A DNA stretch of 64,000 bases from Longimicrobiales bacterium (lineage in GTDB: Bacteria > Gemmatimonadota > Gemmatimonadetes > Longimicrobiales > Gaopeijiaceae). Shown one piece after another: positions 49,222 through 60,264 of this stretch; the stretch's first letter is position 1, and every line of letters starts with the position of its first letter. The stretch lies in contig OZ220732.1 of assembly GCA_965116905.1 (NCBI GenBank), forward strand, positions 3,488,001-3,552,000. Reading direction: 5' to 3'. The position numbers were made by a program, and so were the translations under genes. Below the pieces are notes generated by a model, which saw only the letters and a program-made list of their open reading frames with translations, had not been told where the DNA came from and did no database searches.

Positions 49222-50358
49222 TCAACTGGTGGGCCAGCTGCCGGGCCGCGCTCGGCGCTGATATGCCGGGCTATGACGCGTACACGGACATGGGGCGGCA
49301 CCATCGGTCGAGGTCGTCAAGGCCGTTCTCGTCAAGGAATCCCCGGATGTAGCGGGCTTGGTGTCGGTCATTGTTGATTCTCCGAAATGGTGCTGGCACA
49401 ACAGTTGCCTTTCTCTGAGGAACCACCTCAGGCTTTCGGCATCGCAGACCTTGCAGCAGGTTCCAAGCCATTCAGCAAGCGCGGCACGATCACCGACGAC
49501 CGCGTCAGCGGCCGTGGCTTCGTGTTCGGCGGCGGTGTCCCCGAAAAGCGCATCGTCATCGGCAAGCGCATCATCCGGGCCGGACTCGGTCCGCACCAGC
49601 GCGCCGCCATCCTCGTTGGAGGGTCCGTTGTCGCCATGCGGAGCATCGTCCGCCACATAGGGCAGCACGCGGAAATGATTCGTCCAGCACCTGCGATAGT
49701 CCGCGAGCGGAAGGCTGGATTCGTCGGGCATCCGGTAGTGGGGTGGCAGGTAGACCAGTAGGAAGCGGTCACCGTATTCCTTCTCGAGGGACTCCAGATA
49801 GTCAATGCACTGCCTGTGCTGGTCGCCGACGAAGGGCTTGTTCTCGAACGCGAGACAGAAGGTGCCGCCGCTCGTGGGGATGTCCACCGTGATGTCGATG
49901 AACCTGCCCCCGAACCCGCGCTCCGTGACGACGCGGATGCGGCCTGAATCAGATGCCGCGTGTGCAACCTCTAGCAGCTCCAGCATCGCTTCCAAAAAAA
50001 TCGCGCCCTGACCGTGCTCGCCATCTGGGGCGAGCAGGTCGGCGATGATCCGTGAGAGGCCGAGTTCGTCGTCACGGAGGTAGCGGAAGGTGTTGAAGCG
50101 GCGTGCGAGATGGCGGTCCAGTTCGCACTCGACCAAACGGGCCGCTTGTAGGTGCGGCGTCAACTCTTGAAGGAAACGAACGCACTCGCGCTGGCGCTGC
50201 CGTCGAACCCCGTCCACATCGTCCAGGAGGCGAACGCAGTCCTCACTGCGGGCCTGCCGAACCTCGTCCAGGTGGTGCAGCAGTCGGGATACTGAATCCG
50301 GCGCTGCCGCCTCGGAGGTGTGTGGTCGGTGATGTCGGCCAGACAGGCCCAGACTCAT
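49222..50358 (-). CDS. PD-(D/E)XK nuclease family protein, probably frameshifted near 49.36 kb
   Basis: FNTFRYL..DELGLSRIIADLL.P.GEHGQG..FL, IDI...FENK..Q..DY. Confidence 0.7.
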   Translation of the reverse strand: MSLGLSGRHHRPHTSEAAAPDSVSRLLHHLDEVRQARSEDCVRLLDDVDGVRRQRQRECVRFLQELTPHLQAARLVECELDRHLARRFNTFRYLRDDELGLSRIIADLLAPDGEHGQGAIFLEAMLELLEVAHAASDSGRIRVVTERGFGGRFIDITVDIPTSGGTFCLAFENKPFVGDQHRQCIDYLESLEKEYGDRFLLVYLPPHYRMPDESSLPLADYRRCWTNHFRVLPYVADDAPHGDNGPSNEDGGALVRTESGPDDALADDDALFGDTAAEHEATAADAVVGDRAALAEWLGTCCKVCDAESLRWFLRERQLLCQHHFGESTMTDTKPATSGDSLTRTALTTSTDGAAPCPCTRHSPAYQRRARPGSWPTS

Positions 50359-50494
50359 AGTGTGCCTCCTTTCGGCGGACGCGTCCGCCGAACCGCCTTA
50401 GCCTCCGTGTGGAACCGAGTCCAATCGGGGCGGACAGACTTGGATCCAGCGATGCCCTGAATGCCAGCAGGCGCCCTGTGGCGCCTCGCCACTG

Positions 50495-51646
50495 TCAACC
50501 CTCATCAGCGGCCCCGGGAAAGCCTTCCAGCGACAACACCCGCCGGACCAACTCCGACTGCCGCGAGATCCCCTGCTTCCTGAAGATTCGTTTCAAATGC
50601 CAGCGAACGGTGCCTTCCTTGCGGCTTGTAACCACGGCGATTTCCTGAAGCGTCCGGCCCATGGCCAGCATTGCCGCCAACCTACTCTCGGTCGGCGTGA
50701 GGCCCATGGCGGCGCCTATGACGGCCGGATCGGTCCTGATCTTTCTTTCCGGATCGGCCACCAGCACGAGTGCATTCACCCGCGAGGCGCGGAAATCGGA
50801 CGCGCGATCCGTCACTGGCATGACGTGCACCAGCAGGCGTGTCCGGGCCCCGGCGCGTCCGAGCGTCATAGAGCCCGCCGACCCCACGGCGCCGAATGAG
50901 GGCAGCGCTTTCGCCAACAACCGCTGAAACCTGGCGTCTTCCGCTGGCCGGGCCCGCAGGACGCGGTGCGAGTCTGCCAACGCGTCGCCCTGCATCAGGA
51001 GACTCTGCGCCGCGTCGTTCGCGGCCACGATGCGTGCGTGCCGGTCCAGTTGGATGACGCCGAAGCGGGTGCTGTCCAGCAACTCGGCAAGTGACTTGCC
51101 CAGCGCGCCCGCATCGGCGAGCGCCTGCCTTCCCTGCGCGAATCTGCGCACATGTGGCAGAAGCCGCTTGATGGTCTCCAGTTGCACCGAGTGCCAGACC
51201 TCGCGTTGCCTGGAGTTGCCAAGGGTCCAGACGATGTGCGAACCGTCCGGGCCATCCATGCGAACGCTAAGGCCATTCTGCATCCCGGCCATACGCCTCG
51301 ACTCGTACGCCGGCGAGGTCTTCTTCTCGCGGTCGGAGTACAGATCCATCGTCTGCACCAACTGGCTGTCGGGGAGCATGCCGATGCGCGGAATGCTCTC
51401 GTCCCGCAGCCAGTAGTCCCTGAAGTAGCGGCGCTCCCAGTCCTGACGCCGTTCTCCACCGAAACAATGCCGCACGAAGAACGGGTCCGATTCCGCCTGA
51501 TTTCGCCCTTTGCCGACCACCAGCGTATTGACCCCGATCCCGATCAGCTCATCGATCTGGCACGCGGCCGTTGGCCAGTTGCCCTCGTTCAGCGTGGCTT
51601 CGTGAAGTGACCTCAGCACGCGCTCGAACAGATCCTCCGGGCTCAT
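50495..51646 (-). CDS. LuxR-family HTH transcriptional regulator
   Basis: GLTPTESRLA..LA.G..LQEIA...EGTVRWHLKRIFRKQG. Confidence 0.9.
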   Translation of the reverse strand: MSPEDLFERVLRSLHEATLNEGNWPTAACQIDELIGIGVNTLVVGKGRNQAESDPFFVRHCFGGERRQDWERRYFRDYWLRDESIPRIGMLPDSQLVQTMDLYSDREKKTSPAYESRRMAGMQNGLSVRMDGPDGSHIVWTLGNSRQREVWHSVQLETIKRLLPHVRRFAQGRQALADAGALGKSLAELLDSTRFGVIQLDRHARIVAANDAAQSLLMQGDALADSHRVLRARPAEDARFQRLLAKALPSFGAVGSAGSMTLGRAGARTRLLVHVMPVTDRASDFRASRVNALVLVADPERKIRTDPAVIGAAMGLTPTESRLAAMLAMGRTLQEIAVVTSRKEGTVRWHLKRIFRKQGISRQSELVRRVLSLEGFPGAADEG

Positions 51647-52071
51647 TGGCCCCTCGGCTCAAGAGCAACGCAGAGCGAAGCCTCGGGGAAAGAAGACATA
51701 TACTGCATGTGACATCCTCGCGCGAAGTGCAATCACTGTGTCAAGTCTTGGATACACCTACCAAACAAGGTGGGATGGTGCCCGCCCCGTGTCGCCTACC
51801 AAATGGGGGGCATTAGGGGCTTCTAAGGCGGGTTCCGGTGCGCCGAACGGCTGTCTTTCCGGCCGTGACTCCCCACTTGTGCCGGGCCCGGGCTGCGCGG
51901 CGAGAAGATCCGGCAGCTTCCCCATCGGCAAATGGCGATGCCACCGCTGTTCCCTGATGTCGCTGGAGGGCCGTTCGTCGTCGAGATGTCGCTCCCCTCG
52001 TGTGATCACACCCGGACCCACTGCGCGTGGTCGGGACGAGATCCGGGTCAGCCGAGGCGGCCTGCCCCGCC

Positions 52072-52220
52072 GGATTCCCCGCCATTGGGCCCGGGTTTCC
52101 CGCTATTCGAGGCCGACAAGTCCAATCACGGTCTCACGGCAAGAACGGCAGATCGTGCAGTCCCAGTTAGACTTAGACGATTCCTTGCCACGATTCACGT
52201 CCTCTCTTGGACGTCTAACA
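52072..52220. repeat. Element-terminus repeat, copy C, abutting a truncated oriT
   Basis: GCAGATCGTGCAGTCC at 52148-52163, TTAGACTTAGACGA shared with copy A. Confidence 0.8.
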
Positions 52221-52626
52221 TCGCGGCTGGCGAGGGGATGCTGCGCCCCCCTTCAGATCCCCCTGCGTTCCGCTCCGCTGAGAGGTCAGCGGACGGGCGC
52301 GGGCGACCGCGCCCCGAGTCCCGCCCCCGGTGCGGACGTGGCTGACCGCACCGCCCTGGTTGCCACCCGCGTCACGCCCGCCGAGCACGCCACCTGGCGG
52401 GCGAAAGCGGCCGCGGCGGGGGTGTCGCCGTCCGCGCTGCTTCGCGAGGCGATGGCGCGGACGCGGACCGCGTCGGCGCGGTCCGTCGAGCGAGAGCGCA
52501 CCTGCCAGATCGCTCGCATCGGAAACAACCTCAACCAGATCGCCCGGTGGGCGAACACCCACAAGGGGGCGGCCGAGGCCGTCGAGATCGTCGCCCGTCT
52601 GGTCGCCATCGAGCGGGCGCTCTGGG

Positions 52627-53865
52627 TGTTGTAGTACAGTAATCACCTGACAGTAGGCCCAAAGAAAGGACGGTGGCCAGACCGGCCTCGCCGGGGTTAG
52701 TTGAGAAGTGCTCAAACCACTCAACGACCACTGGAGAGGAGAACGAGAATGACCACCGTCCAAGCAGAGAAGATAGCGCGACGCAAGCTGTCTTTGCTAC
52801 AACTCGCCCAGGAACTCGGCAACGTCTCGAAGGCGTGCCGGATCGTGGGCTACAGCCGCCAGCAGTTCTACGAGATCCGGCGGAGCTTCCAGCTGCACGG
52901 CGCCGACGGACTCATCGATCGGCTGCCGGGGGCCAAGGGGCCGCACCCGAACCGCGTTCCGGCGCCGGTCGAGAAGGCGATCCTGGCGCACGCGCTGGAG
53001 CACCCGACGCACGGCGCTCAGCGGGTCGCGGACGAGCTGATGCTGAGGGGGATCCAGGTTAGTTCGGGCGGAGTGCGCGGCGTCTGGATGCGCAACGACC
53101 TCCTGACCCGCCACCATCGGCTTCTGAGGCTGGAGGAGACGGTCCGGAAGCGGAAGATCAAGCTGAGCGACGAGCAGATCCAGGCCCTGGAGCGCTTCGA
53201 TCCCGAGTACCGCGAGCGGCACATCGAGGTGGGCGCCACGGGCGAACTCGTGGCCGTGGACACCTTCTTCGCGGGCACGCTGAAGGGCGTCGGCAAGGTC
53301 TACATCCAGACCGTGCTCGACTGCTTCAGCCGCTTCGTTTGGGCCCGGCTCTACACCTCGAAGATGCCGGTCACAGCCGTGCAGATCCTGAACAACCACG
53401 CGCTGCCCTTCTTCGAGGAGCACGACGTGAAGGTCCAGACGATCCTGAGCGACAACGGCCGCGAGTACTGCGGCCGGCCGGACAAGCATCCCTACGAGCT
53501 CTTCCTGCAGCTCGAGGAGATCGAACACCGCACCACGAAGGTCGGCAGGCCCCAGTCGAACGGCTACATCGAGAGGTTCCACCGCACGCTCCTCGAAGAG
53601 CATCTCCGAATCAAGGGCCGGACCACCTGGTACGAGAGCCTCGAGGAGATGCAGAAGGACCTGGACGGCTATTCTTGAGACCTACAACACTCGCCGGCCC
53701 CACCGCGGCCGCGGGATGGAGGGCAGGACGCCCTACGAGGTCTTCAAGGCCGGGATCCCGCCGAAGCGGCGCACCCGGAAGCCCGCAACCAGAAAGGAGG
53801 TCAAGACCGCAGCGTAGAACTGACCTCGGCGAGGCCGGGTGTCAGGTGATTACCGTACTTGTACA
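52627..53865 (+). mobile_element. IS481-family insertion sequence
   Basis: 26-bp TGT...ACA imperfect IRs, CTCTGGG direct repeat on both flanks. Confidence 0.9.
52749..53817 (+). CDS. IS481 transposase with frameshift at ~53675
   Basis: HTH plus rve DDE (VDT, SDNG.EY, NGYIERFHRT); tail YNTRRPHRGRGM in another frame. Confidence 0.85.
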
Positions 53866-53967
53866 CTCTGGGCGCTGGCTGCCGTCGAGAGCCCAGAGAC
53901 CGATGCTCGTTAAGTTCCTCCTATTCGATGTGATTTTATAAGTACATATCTCAGAACGTGTTACAAT

Positions 53968-55746
53968 TGTCAATGGGCATTGAAAATGGCACACTTTCGG
54001 GCATTGAAAATGGCACACTCCGGACCGGCCCGCGCGGAGGAAGCGTAGCGACCGGAGCGGGGGCCGGTTGGGGGTGGTGACGGCTCACGACCCGTCCCCC
54101 TCGTGGGCTTTCTCGGCGTCCGCCGCCCTGGATGCCATCGGATGGATGGCCTTGGACAGCTCCATGTGCCTTCGCATCCGGAAGCTGTTGCCCCGGATGT
54201 TGACGATGTGGCACCGGTGGAGCAGCCGGTCGAGGAGAGCAGCGGCCATGACCTCGTCGTGCAGGATCTCGCCCCAGTGCTCGAAGCCCTTGTTCGAGGT
54301 CAGCACGGTCGAGGCGCGTCCGTAGCGAGCATTGACCAACTGGAAGAAGAGCCTGGCCCCGTTCGGGGTGACCGAGAGATAGCCGATCTCGTCCACGACC
54401 AGCAGGGCGGGGTGCGTCAGCGTCCGGAGGCGCTGCTTGAGCCGGCCTGCGGCGTGGGCGTCCTCGAGGGAGTCGATGAGATCGGCGAGCGTTCCGAAGT
54501 AGATCCTCCGACCGCTCTCGGCGGCTGCGACCGCGAGGCTGATCGCCAGATGCGTCTTGCCCACCCCGGGGGGGCCGAGGAACACGACGTTCTCCTTGCG
54601 CTCCAGGAACCCGAGTTCGTGCAGCGCATCGATCTGCTCGCGCTTGACCGTGGGCTGGAAGCTGAAGTCGAAGTCGGCCAGCGTCTTCAGCTCGGGCAGA
54701 CGGCTGGAGCGCATCGCGGTGGCCAGCCGGCGGCCGTTGCGCAGTTCGATCTGGGCCGCGAGCAGCGCCACCTCGTCAAGCCATCGCCGCGCCCGTGCGT
54801 TGAGGTCGTCATCGGACACGAAGTCCCGGCCGTAGAAGAAGTTCCCCCGCACGTAGCGGACCGGGCGCTCGACCTTGCCCTTCGTCTGCGCACGGTACGG
54901 GCGGCATGCCCGGATCCGGAAGCCCCAGTGGTCGCTGAAGCCCCGAAACTCCGGGTTCTCGACCAAGCGCCCGCCCGAGTTCCGCCCGTCCGCGAGCACC
55001 ACTGCCTTCATCTGGTCGAACAGCATCTCCGCCGGAACCCCGCCGAAGCATGCGAACGACTCTTCGAGCCCGTGGATCACCACCCCCATCGTCTGGCGCT
55101 CGTAGAACCGCAGCCACATCCGCCGCGAGAACCCCAGCACAACCATCAGCGCGTGCCGCTTGCCCCAGGGCAGACGGAACTCCGCGAAGTCCACCTGGCC
55201 CTGATGCCCCGGCGGCGTCTCGAACCGCACCGGCGGCTCCGCGGGCTCCCGCGGGCGGACCTCCCGAACATGCCGCTTCACCTGGTCGTACCCTCCGGGG
55301 TAGCCCGCTGCCCGCACCTCCTCGAACAGACGCGCCGCGCTCAGCTCGGGATACGCGGCCAGCCGCGTCCGGATGATCTCCTTGAAGGGATCCAGCTTCG
55401 ATGATCGGGGGCGCCGGGGACCGTATCCACCCTTCTGGTCTCCCAGGCAACCCTCAAGCAGCCCGTCCGCAATCCAGTTGTACAACGTCCGCCTGCCGAT
55501 CCCGACGCGGCGGGCAACCTCCGCCCTGCTCACCCCCTCGTCCAGATAGTGCCTCGCCAGGACCCTCTTCTCTCTCTCGAACACTGCGCCTCCCTCGTTG
55601 AGTGGAGACAACAGAGTATCCCGATCCCCCTCCTGACCCGGCCTCGCCCCGGTCCGCAAATCGCCGCCCGATGGACTCCCGCCCTTCGTCCGGCACTGTG
55701 CCACTTTCGATGCCCACATGTGTGCAACTTTGCGCGCCCGCCAACA
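53968..55746 (-). mobile_element. Internally deleted IS21-family element
   Basis: TG-terminated IRs with repeated GAAAATGGCACAC; 5-bp TSD ACAAT. Confidence 0.9.
54085..55584 (-). CDS. istA/istB: In-frame IstA-IstB fusion
   Basis: RFETPPG.Q.QVDF, FDQMK, KGKVER followed directly by IstB GPPGVGKTHLA and VDEIGY. Confidence 0.85.
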   Translation of the reverse strand: MFEREKRVLARHYLDEGVSRAEVARRVGIGRRTLYNWIADGLLEGCLGDQKGGYGPRRPRSSKLDPFKEIIRTRLAAYPELSAARLFEEVRAAGYPGGYDQVKRHVREVRPREPAEPPVRFETPPGHQGQVDFAEFRLPWGKRHALMVVLGFSRRMWLRFYERQTMGVVIHGLEESFACFGGVPAEMLFDQMKAVVLADGRNSGGRLVENPEFRGFSDHWGFRIRACRPYRAQTKGKVERPVRYVRGNFFYGRDFVSDDDLNARARRWLDEVALLAAQIELRNGRRLATAMRSSRLPELKTLADFDFSFQPTVKREQIDALHELGFLERKENVVFLGPPGVGKTHLAISLAVAAAESGRRIYFGTLADLIDSLEDAHAAGRLKQRLRTLTHPALLVVDEIGYLSVTPNGARLFFQLVNARYGRASTVLTSNKGFEHWGEILHDEVMAAALLDRLLHRCHIVNIRGNSFRMRRHMELSKAIHPMASRAADAEKAHEGDGS

Positions 55747-55981
55747 ACAATGTCGTATGGGATAATCATCCCCTTTTCCCATCCCTATTCAAGAACGGGA
55801 TTCTGTGCGACCTTGGCGGACGTTGGCAGACGTAAGCGTTCGGTCAAGCGGTGGCGCAACCCGCCGAGACGCGTGTGGGGCGGGTGGTGTGAGCGTGGGG
55901 TGCTATGCTGTGCGTGAACGTCCCGATGGATCCTATTCCTGGCCGATCGGCCAACCGAAGCCGAGCAGTAGGGGATCACCG

Positions 55982-56527
55982 TCAGTTACTACACATGTTC
56001 TCCCGTGCGGCGAACCCTTCCAGATCGAATCGCCAATAGGCGTCGTTCAGTTCCTCACCGGGTAGCATGACCGTCAGTCTCCCACTCTCGCGAAGGTATC
56101 GCCTCACATCGGTCATTCCGTCGATGGCGAGATACGATGGACCGAACAGCACCGCCACAGACCCATACTCCACGCGGTGCCATCCGAGCAGATACCCATG
56201 ATCGAAAGCCCATCCTCCCGGCGCCCTAAAGTCCTCAGTGTGAAACACAGCCTGCCCGGTTAGGCTGGTGTCATCCAGGAACGGGCCACCATGCTGGACA
56301 ACGAACACAGACGGTGGAGACGTACCACATGAGATGGACAGGCTCGCGGTCCCTTGACCCGACGGCAACCCCTCGATAGCCTCGCCCAGCTTTACATACT
56401 GAATCGGCCGGCCGTCTCCACCCATCCTCACCCATGACTGCTGGCCGCCCGCCGTGTCTACCTCGGCACAGAACAGAACGGCTATGCAGGCCGGCGTCAC
56501 CAGTGATCGCATCGGGGACAGGCGCAC
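55982..56527 (-). CDS. Hypothetical exported protein
   Basis: 181-aa ORF with signal-like N-terminus. Confidence 0.5.
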   Translation of the reverse strand: MRLSPMRSLVTPACIAVLFCAEVDTAGGQQSWVRMGGDGRPIQYVKLGEAIEGLPSGQGTASLSISCGTSPPSVFVVQHGGPFLDDTSLTGQAVFHTEDFRAPGGWAFDHGYLLGWHRVEYGSVAVLFGPSYLAIDGMTDVRRYLRESGRLTVMLPGEELNDAYWRFDLEGFAARENMCSN

Positions 56528-57003
56528 TGGACGTCTAACGCCGCAGGAGCAGGACTATCGCCACGCTGTTCTTTTGTTCGTTCAGAGACAGCAGTTGTCG
56601 TGACATAGCCAGTTCCTCTTCGCGGTGACGACGCTGCTCAGCACTCGTCATCGTGCGGGAACCCTCGAACCTGTGCGGGATCAGCCGGTCTGTCAACCCT
56701 CTGGCCGGTATCCTGCAGTCTGTCATGCCACGACCGTCGGGGCGTCTCCCCCTAGCTTCCCGCGCGCCTCGGCGAGCGGGCCTGTAGCCGCACGACGTTC
56801 CTCTTCCCGCACCGCGCGCTGATGAAGGTGGAGGCTGTGTAGCTCGCCGGAGAGCGCTGGGAGCGCAGGTGAGCCGGTCGAAGACTGATCGGCGCTCAGA
56901 GCCGCCCCAATTGATCTGAAAAGGCTCTACGCTACGTTACTTGGTTCACCTCCGGCCGCAGCGAGGCTTGGGGAATCGACCAACGCTGTTGGCTCGCACC
57001 GCC

Positions 57004-57960
57004 ATGTTCTTTAACGACATCAACGCTCGCGACTTCATCGAATTGCTTGAAGCGCTCCCGAGTTCACCAGCAACTACCCGGGCGCACATCCATGACGCAT
57101 TCGGCGTCCTGGTCACCGGCGACGATCCGGTGGGGTGGTGGGACGCACTGACCTTCGATCGGGGCGAGGAGGGCGCTGCCAATGCCGTGGCGCAGTTGGT
57201 CATCTCGACGGGCGGAAAGCGCGTGGTGGCCCTGATAAGGGCCGACGCCGCCGGTCGGAGCATCACGCCCCGAGCGGATGATTCGAAGCTGGTGACACTG
57301 CTCTTCGACGAGGCGATGGAACATGTCCTCTACGATCAGTGGGGGTTGCGATACGGCGTGAGCGAGTACTACAAGGAGACGCAGGCCGTTCTGGAGGACG
57401 ACGACCCCGACCTGCCGGAACCCGACGACGCCCACGATCTGAATGACCTTGAAGGAGACGAGGAGGACACGGAGAACGGCCCGAGTCCATTCGATCTGTT
57501 TTCCGGCCAGCCGCGACCGAGCGCGCAGCGTGGAGCGAAATGGACCTTGGAACGGCTTCAGACCGCATCGAGGGGCTTTCTCACGGTTCCAGACGGATGG
57601 AAGGAGAAGGATCTGGAGGATTTTCTGTGGGCCAACTGGGAGGCAATGGACGTCGGCTTCGACCGGCCCATCTACCTCGTCGGGAAGCAGGAACGCCTGA
57701 GCGACAGCACGAGCGATCGGGTCGATCTCCTCGCCAAGGGCAGGTCGGGCGAGCACATCGCAATCGAGCTGAAGATCGTCGAGGCGCGCCGAGGAGATTA
57801 CACTCAGCTGACATCCTACATGGGGAATCTGGAGTCGAGGGGTGTACCCGCTGACAAGGTACGTGGCATCTTGGTCGCACCGGCCTTTTCGCAAAAGGTG
57901 CTAAACTCTGCGGCGATCGAATCCCGGATCACCCTCCTCCGGTTCAATAGAGGAGCTTAG
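57004..57960 (+). CDS. Endonuclease NucS-domain protein with unknown N-terminus and acidic linker
   Basis: EKDLEDFL..N, RVDLLA, IELK, QL..YM, RGILVA. Confidence 0.8.
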   Translation: MFFNDINARDFIELLEALPSSPATTRAHIHDAFGVLVTGDDPVGWWDALTFDRGEEGAANAVAQLVISTGGKRVVALIRADAAGRSITPRADDSKLVTLLFDEAMEHVLYDQWGLRYGVSEYYKETQAVLEDDDPDLPEPDDAHDLNDLEGDEEDTENGPSPFDLFSGQPRPSAQRGAKWTLERLQTASRGFLTVPDGWKEKDLEDFLWANWEAMDVGFDRPIYLVGKQERLSDSTSDRVDLLAKGRSGEHIAIELKIVEARRGDYTQLTSYMGNLESRGVPADKVRGILVAPAFSQKVLNSAAIESRITLLRFNRGA

Positions 57961-58081
57961 AGCACCACACTTGCCGGTCGGGTCTCAGAGCGAGATCCGG
58001 CCGGGACCGGGGGCGATGCCCGGACCGGCGCAGGCCTCCCGGCGCGGTTCCCAAAGGGCTGGCTGACGGCCTTGAGGTCCG

Positions 58082-58150
58082 TAAGCCAGCCCACGCCACG
58101 TTGAACGTGGCGGCCTGGCAAGGGGGTGCTGAGCCCCCCTTAGACCCCCA
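58082..58150 (-). promoter_or_regulatory. oriT: oriT-like site
   Basis: GGGGGCTCAGCACCCCC-GCCAG-CGCCACGTTCAACGTGGCG-TGGGCTGGCTTAC. Confidence 0.6.
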
Positions 58151-58391
58151 TTTCTCCGTGCCGGTGCCGGAGCTGCAGGCGGCACGGTATAGCGCGAGGC
58201 CGAACCGAGTGCTCCGAGCCTGATGTGCGATCCTTGGTCCCGAGTGCTCGTCGCGGCGTCGGTCACAGTTAGATTCAAACTGCGGCTGGCGCTGGGCCTC
58301 GGGCCAGTTGGTTCGGGACCTTGCACTGGCCCTTGAACTCCCCCACGGTTTGGCAACACCTAGACTTGACGCGGAGGCGGCCAGAGTACCG

Positions 58392-60132
58392 ATGAACGGC
58401 ACACTCACTGACCTGAACCAGCTCCTGAAGAGCGACCGGCTCTTCGAGATCCCGATCTTCCAGCGCGGCTACGCTTGGGAAGAGGAGAACCTCCGGGATC
58501 TGTGGGACGATCTCGACTACCTCGGCGACCGCAAACACTATTTCGGCACCATCCTGCTGAAGGAGACGGACAGGACGACCGAAGACGTAATGAAAACCTT
58601 CGAGCACTTTGAGGTGATCGATGGCCAGCAACGGCTGACGACGACTCTTGTCCTGCTACGTGAGCTGATCACCCAGATCAAGGAATTCGGCGACCGAGAA
58701 GTGAGCGACGAGGCGTCCAAGCTCGAGGAGGACTACATCGTTTACCGTCACCACTACAAGTTGACCATGGGCGGCGACGACAAGTCCTTCTTCCGGGACT
58801 CCATCCTGGCCGGGGCGTCGGCCAGCGACCCACAGACGGGGGCCCAGAAGCGGCTGCGAAACGCCCAGGCCTTCTTCAGAGACCAATTTGATCGACAACG
58901 AGAACAAGAGCCGGATGGGTACGTCGAGTTCCTGAAGAAGTTCAAGAGACGGATCGACCGGCTGGAAGTCATGCTGTACATCGTGCCCACGACCGCCGAG
59001 GCGGTCCGAATGTTCGAGACGGTGAACGACCGCGGCCGCCCGCTGACCAATCTGGAGAAGACGAAGAGCATCCTGATGTACGCTTCGTACTTGGTCGTTG
59101 ACCATCCGCAAACCCGGGACACGCTGCTCGATGAGTTGAACGACCACTTCGCGGGAATCTACAGGTGCTTCCAGGACATCGAGGAACGGCTCGGACTCCG
59201 CGATGCCGGCGAGATCCAGCGTTATCACCACATTTTCTTCATCGGCCCGCAGAACTCGCACAGGCACATGCAAGTGCTCAAGGAGCTTCTCATGGGGAAG
59301 AGCCGGAAGGATCCGAAAGGATGGGAAAACGCTCGGGGAGTCAATCGACAGGCTGTTTTGGGTCGGGCGCGTGGGCAATCTGTATCCGCTTCTGATCGCC
59401 GCGTGGCAGAAGTTCGGCGAAGACTCGCAGCGCGAGGAGATCCTCCGTCTGTTCGAGGCTTTCGTATTCCGGGTGTATCTCATCGTCGGATACCGTAGTC
59501 ATACGGGCGCAAGCTGGTTGAACGGGCTGGCACGTCAGGTTCATCGCGACGACCCCACGTTCGCCGATTTCCTCCAGTGGTTGAGGGAGATCAATCTGTA
59601 CTACGTGAGGGACGATACGTTCCGCCGAAGCTTGGCCGCCCCGCACCGCTACGGGCATCTCGGTACGCGTACGATCAAGTACCTGCTCGCCGAGTACGAG
59701 ATGAAGCGCCAAAGGGAGGAGCGCGGGGGGTTGCAGGTGTCCCTCGTGGAGATCCTGTCATCCGAGTATGAGACGGAGCATATCCTGCCGCAGCAACCGG
59801 CGCGGGACCTGGATGAGGAAGAGAAAGCCGCCCACCAAGAGATCGTCCATCTCTTGGGCAACCTGACGATCGCATTGGCGGAATGTAACAAGAAGATGGG
59901 CAACCGTTCCTTCGAGGAGAAACGAGACGGTTGGGGGCAACCTGACGACGAGAAGATCTGTTACTATCGCAATTCGAGCCTGCGCGTCCAACGCGACCTG
60001 GCGAAATACGAGCAATGGAACGAGTCGACCATTCAAGAGCGGGGCGCGCAGATCATCGATTTCGCTCTTGAGCGCTGGCGAATCGATCCCATGACTGGCC
60101 CGAAAGCGAAGGCGGCGCAAGTATCCGACTGA
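58392..60132 (+). pseudogene. gmrSD: GmrSD-like (DUF262+DUF1524) modification-dependent nuclease, frame break at ~59325
   Basis: FQRGYAW, IDGQQRLTT, FETVNDRG in one frame; EHILPQ, LGNLT, N..MGN in another. Confidence 0.85.
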
Positions 60133-60264
60133 ATGCAGGAAAGGCTCCGACCTTGACGACCCTCCGTCGCTTTGGGCCCAGCGATTGCCCTTGATCGAGC
60201 GACTGTTGGAAGGGGTGCGCGCGACCCACCGATGGCACACTTCCGCCAGCGAGTGAGCCTCTTT

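Larger units (their letters stand above)
52338..53913 (+). pseudogene. mobC: Second mobC, interrupted near its 3' end by IS481; relaxase start (MLVKFL, 53903) truncated
   Basis: Highly similar to 14719-15054; frame restored (ALWALAAVESPETDAR*) on removing the IS. Confidence 0.85.

Noticed and set aside
56535..56830. Small ORF and CxxC-like fragment
   Set aside because: Interrupted by stops and too short to assign
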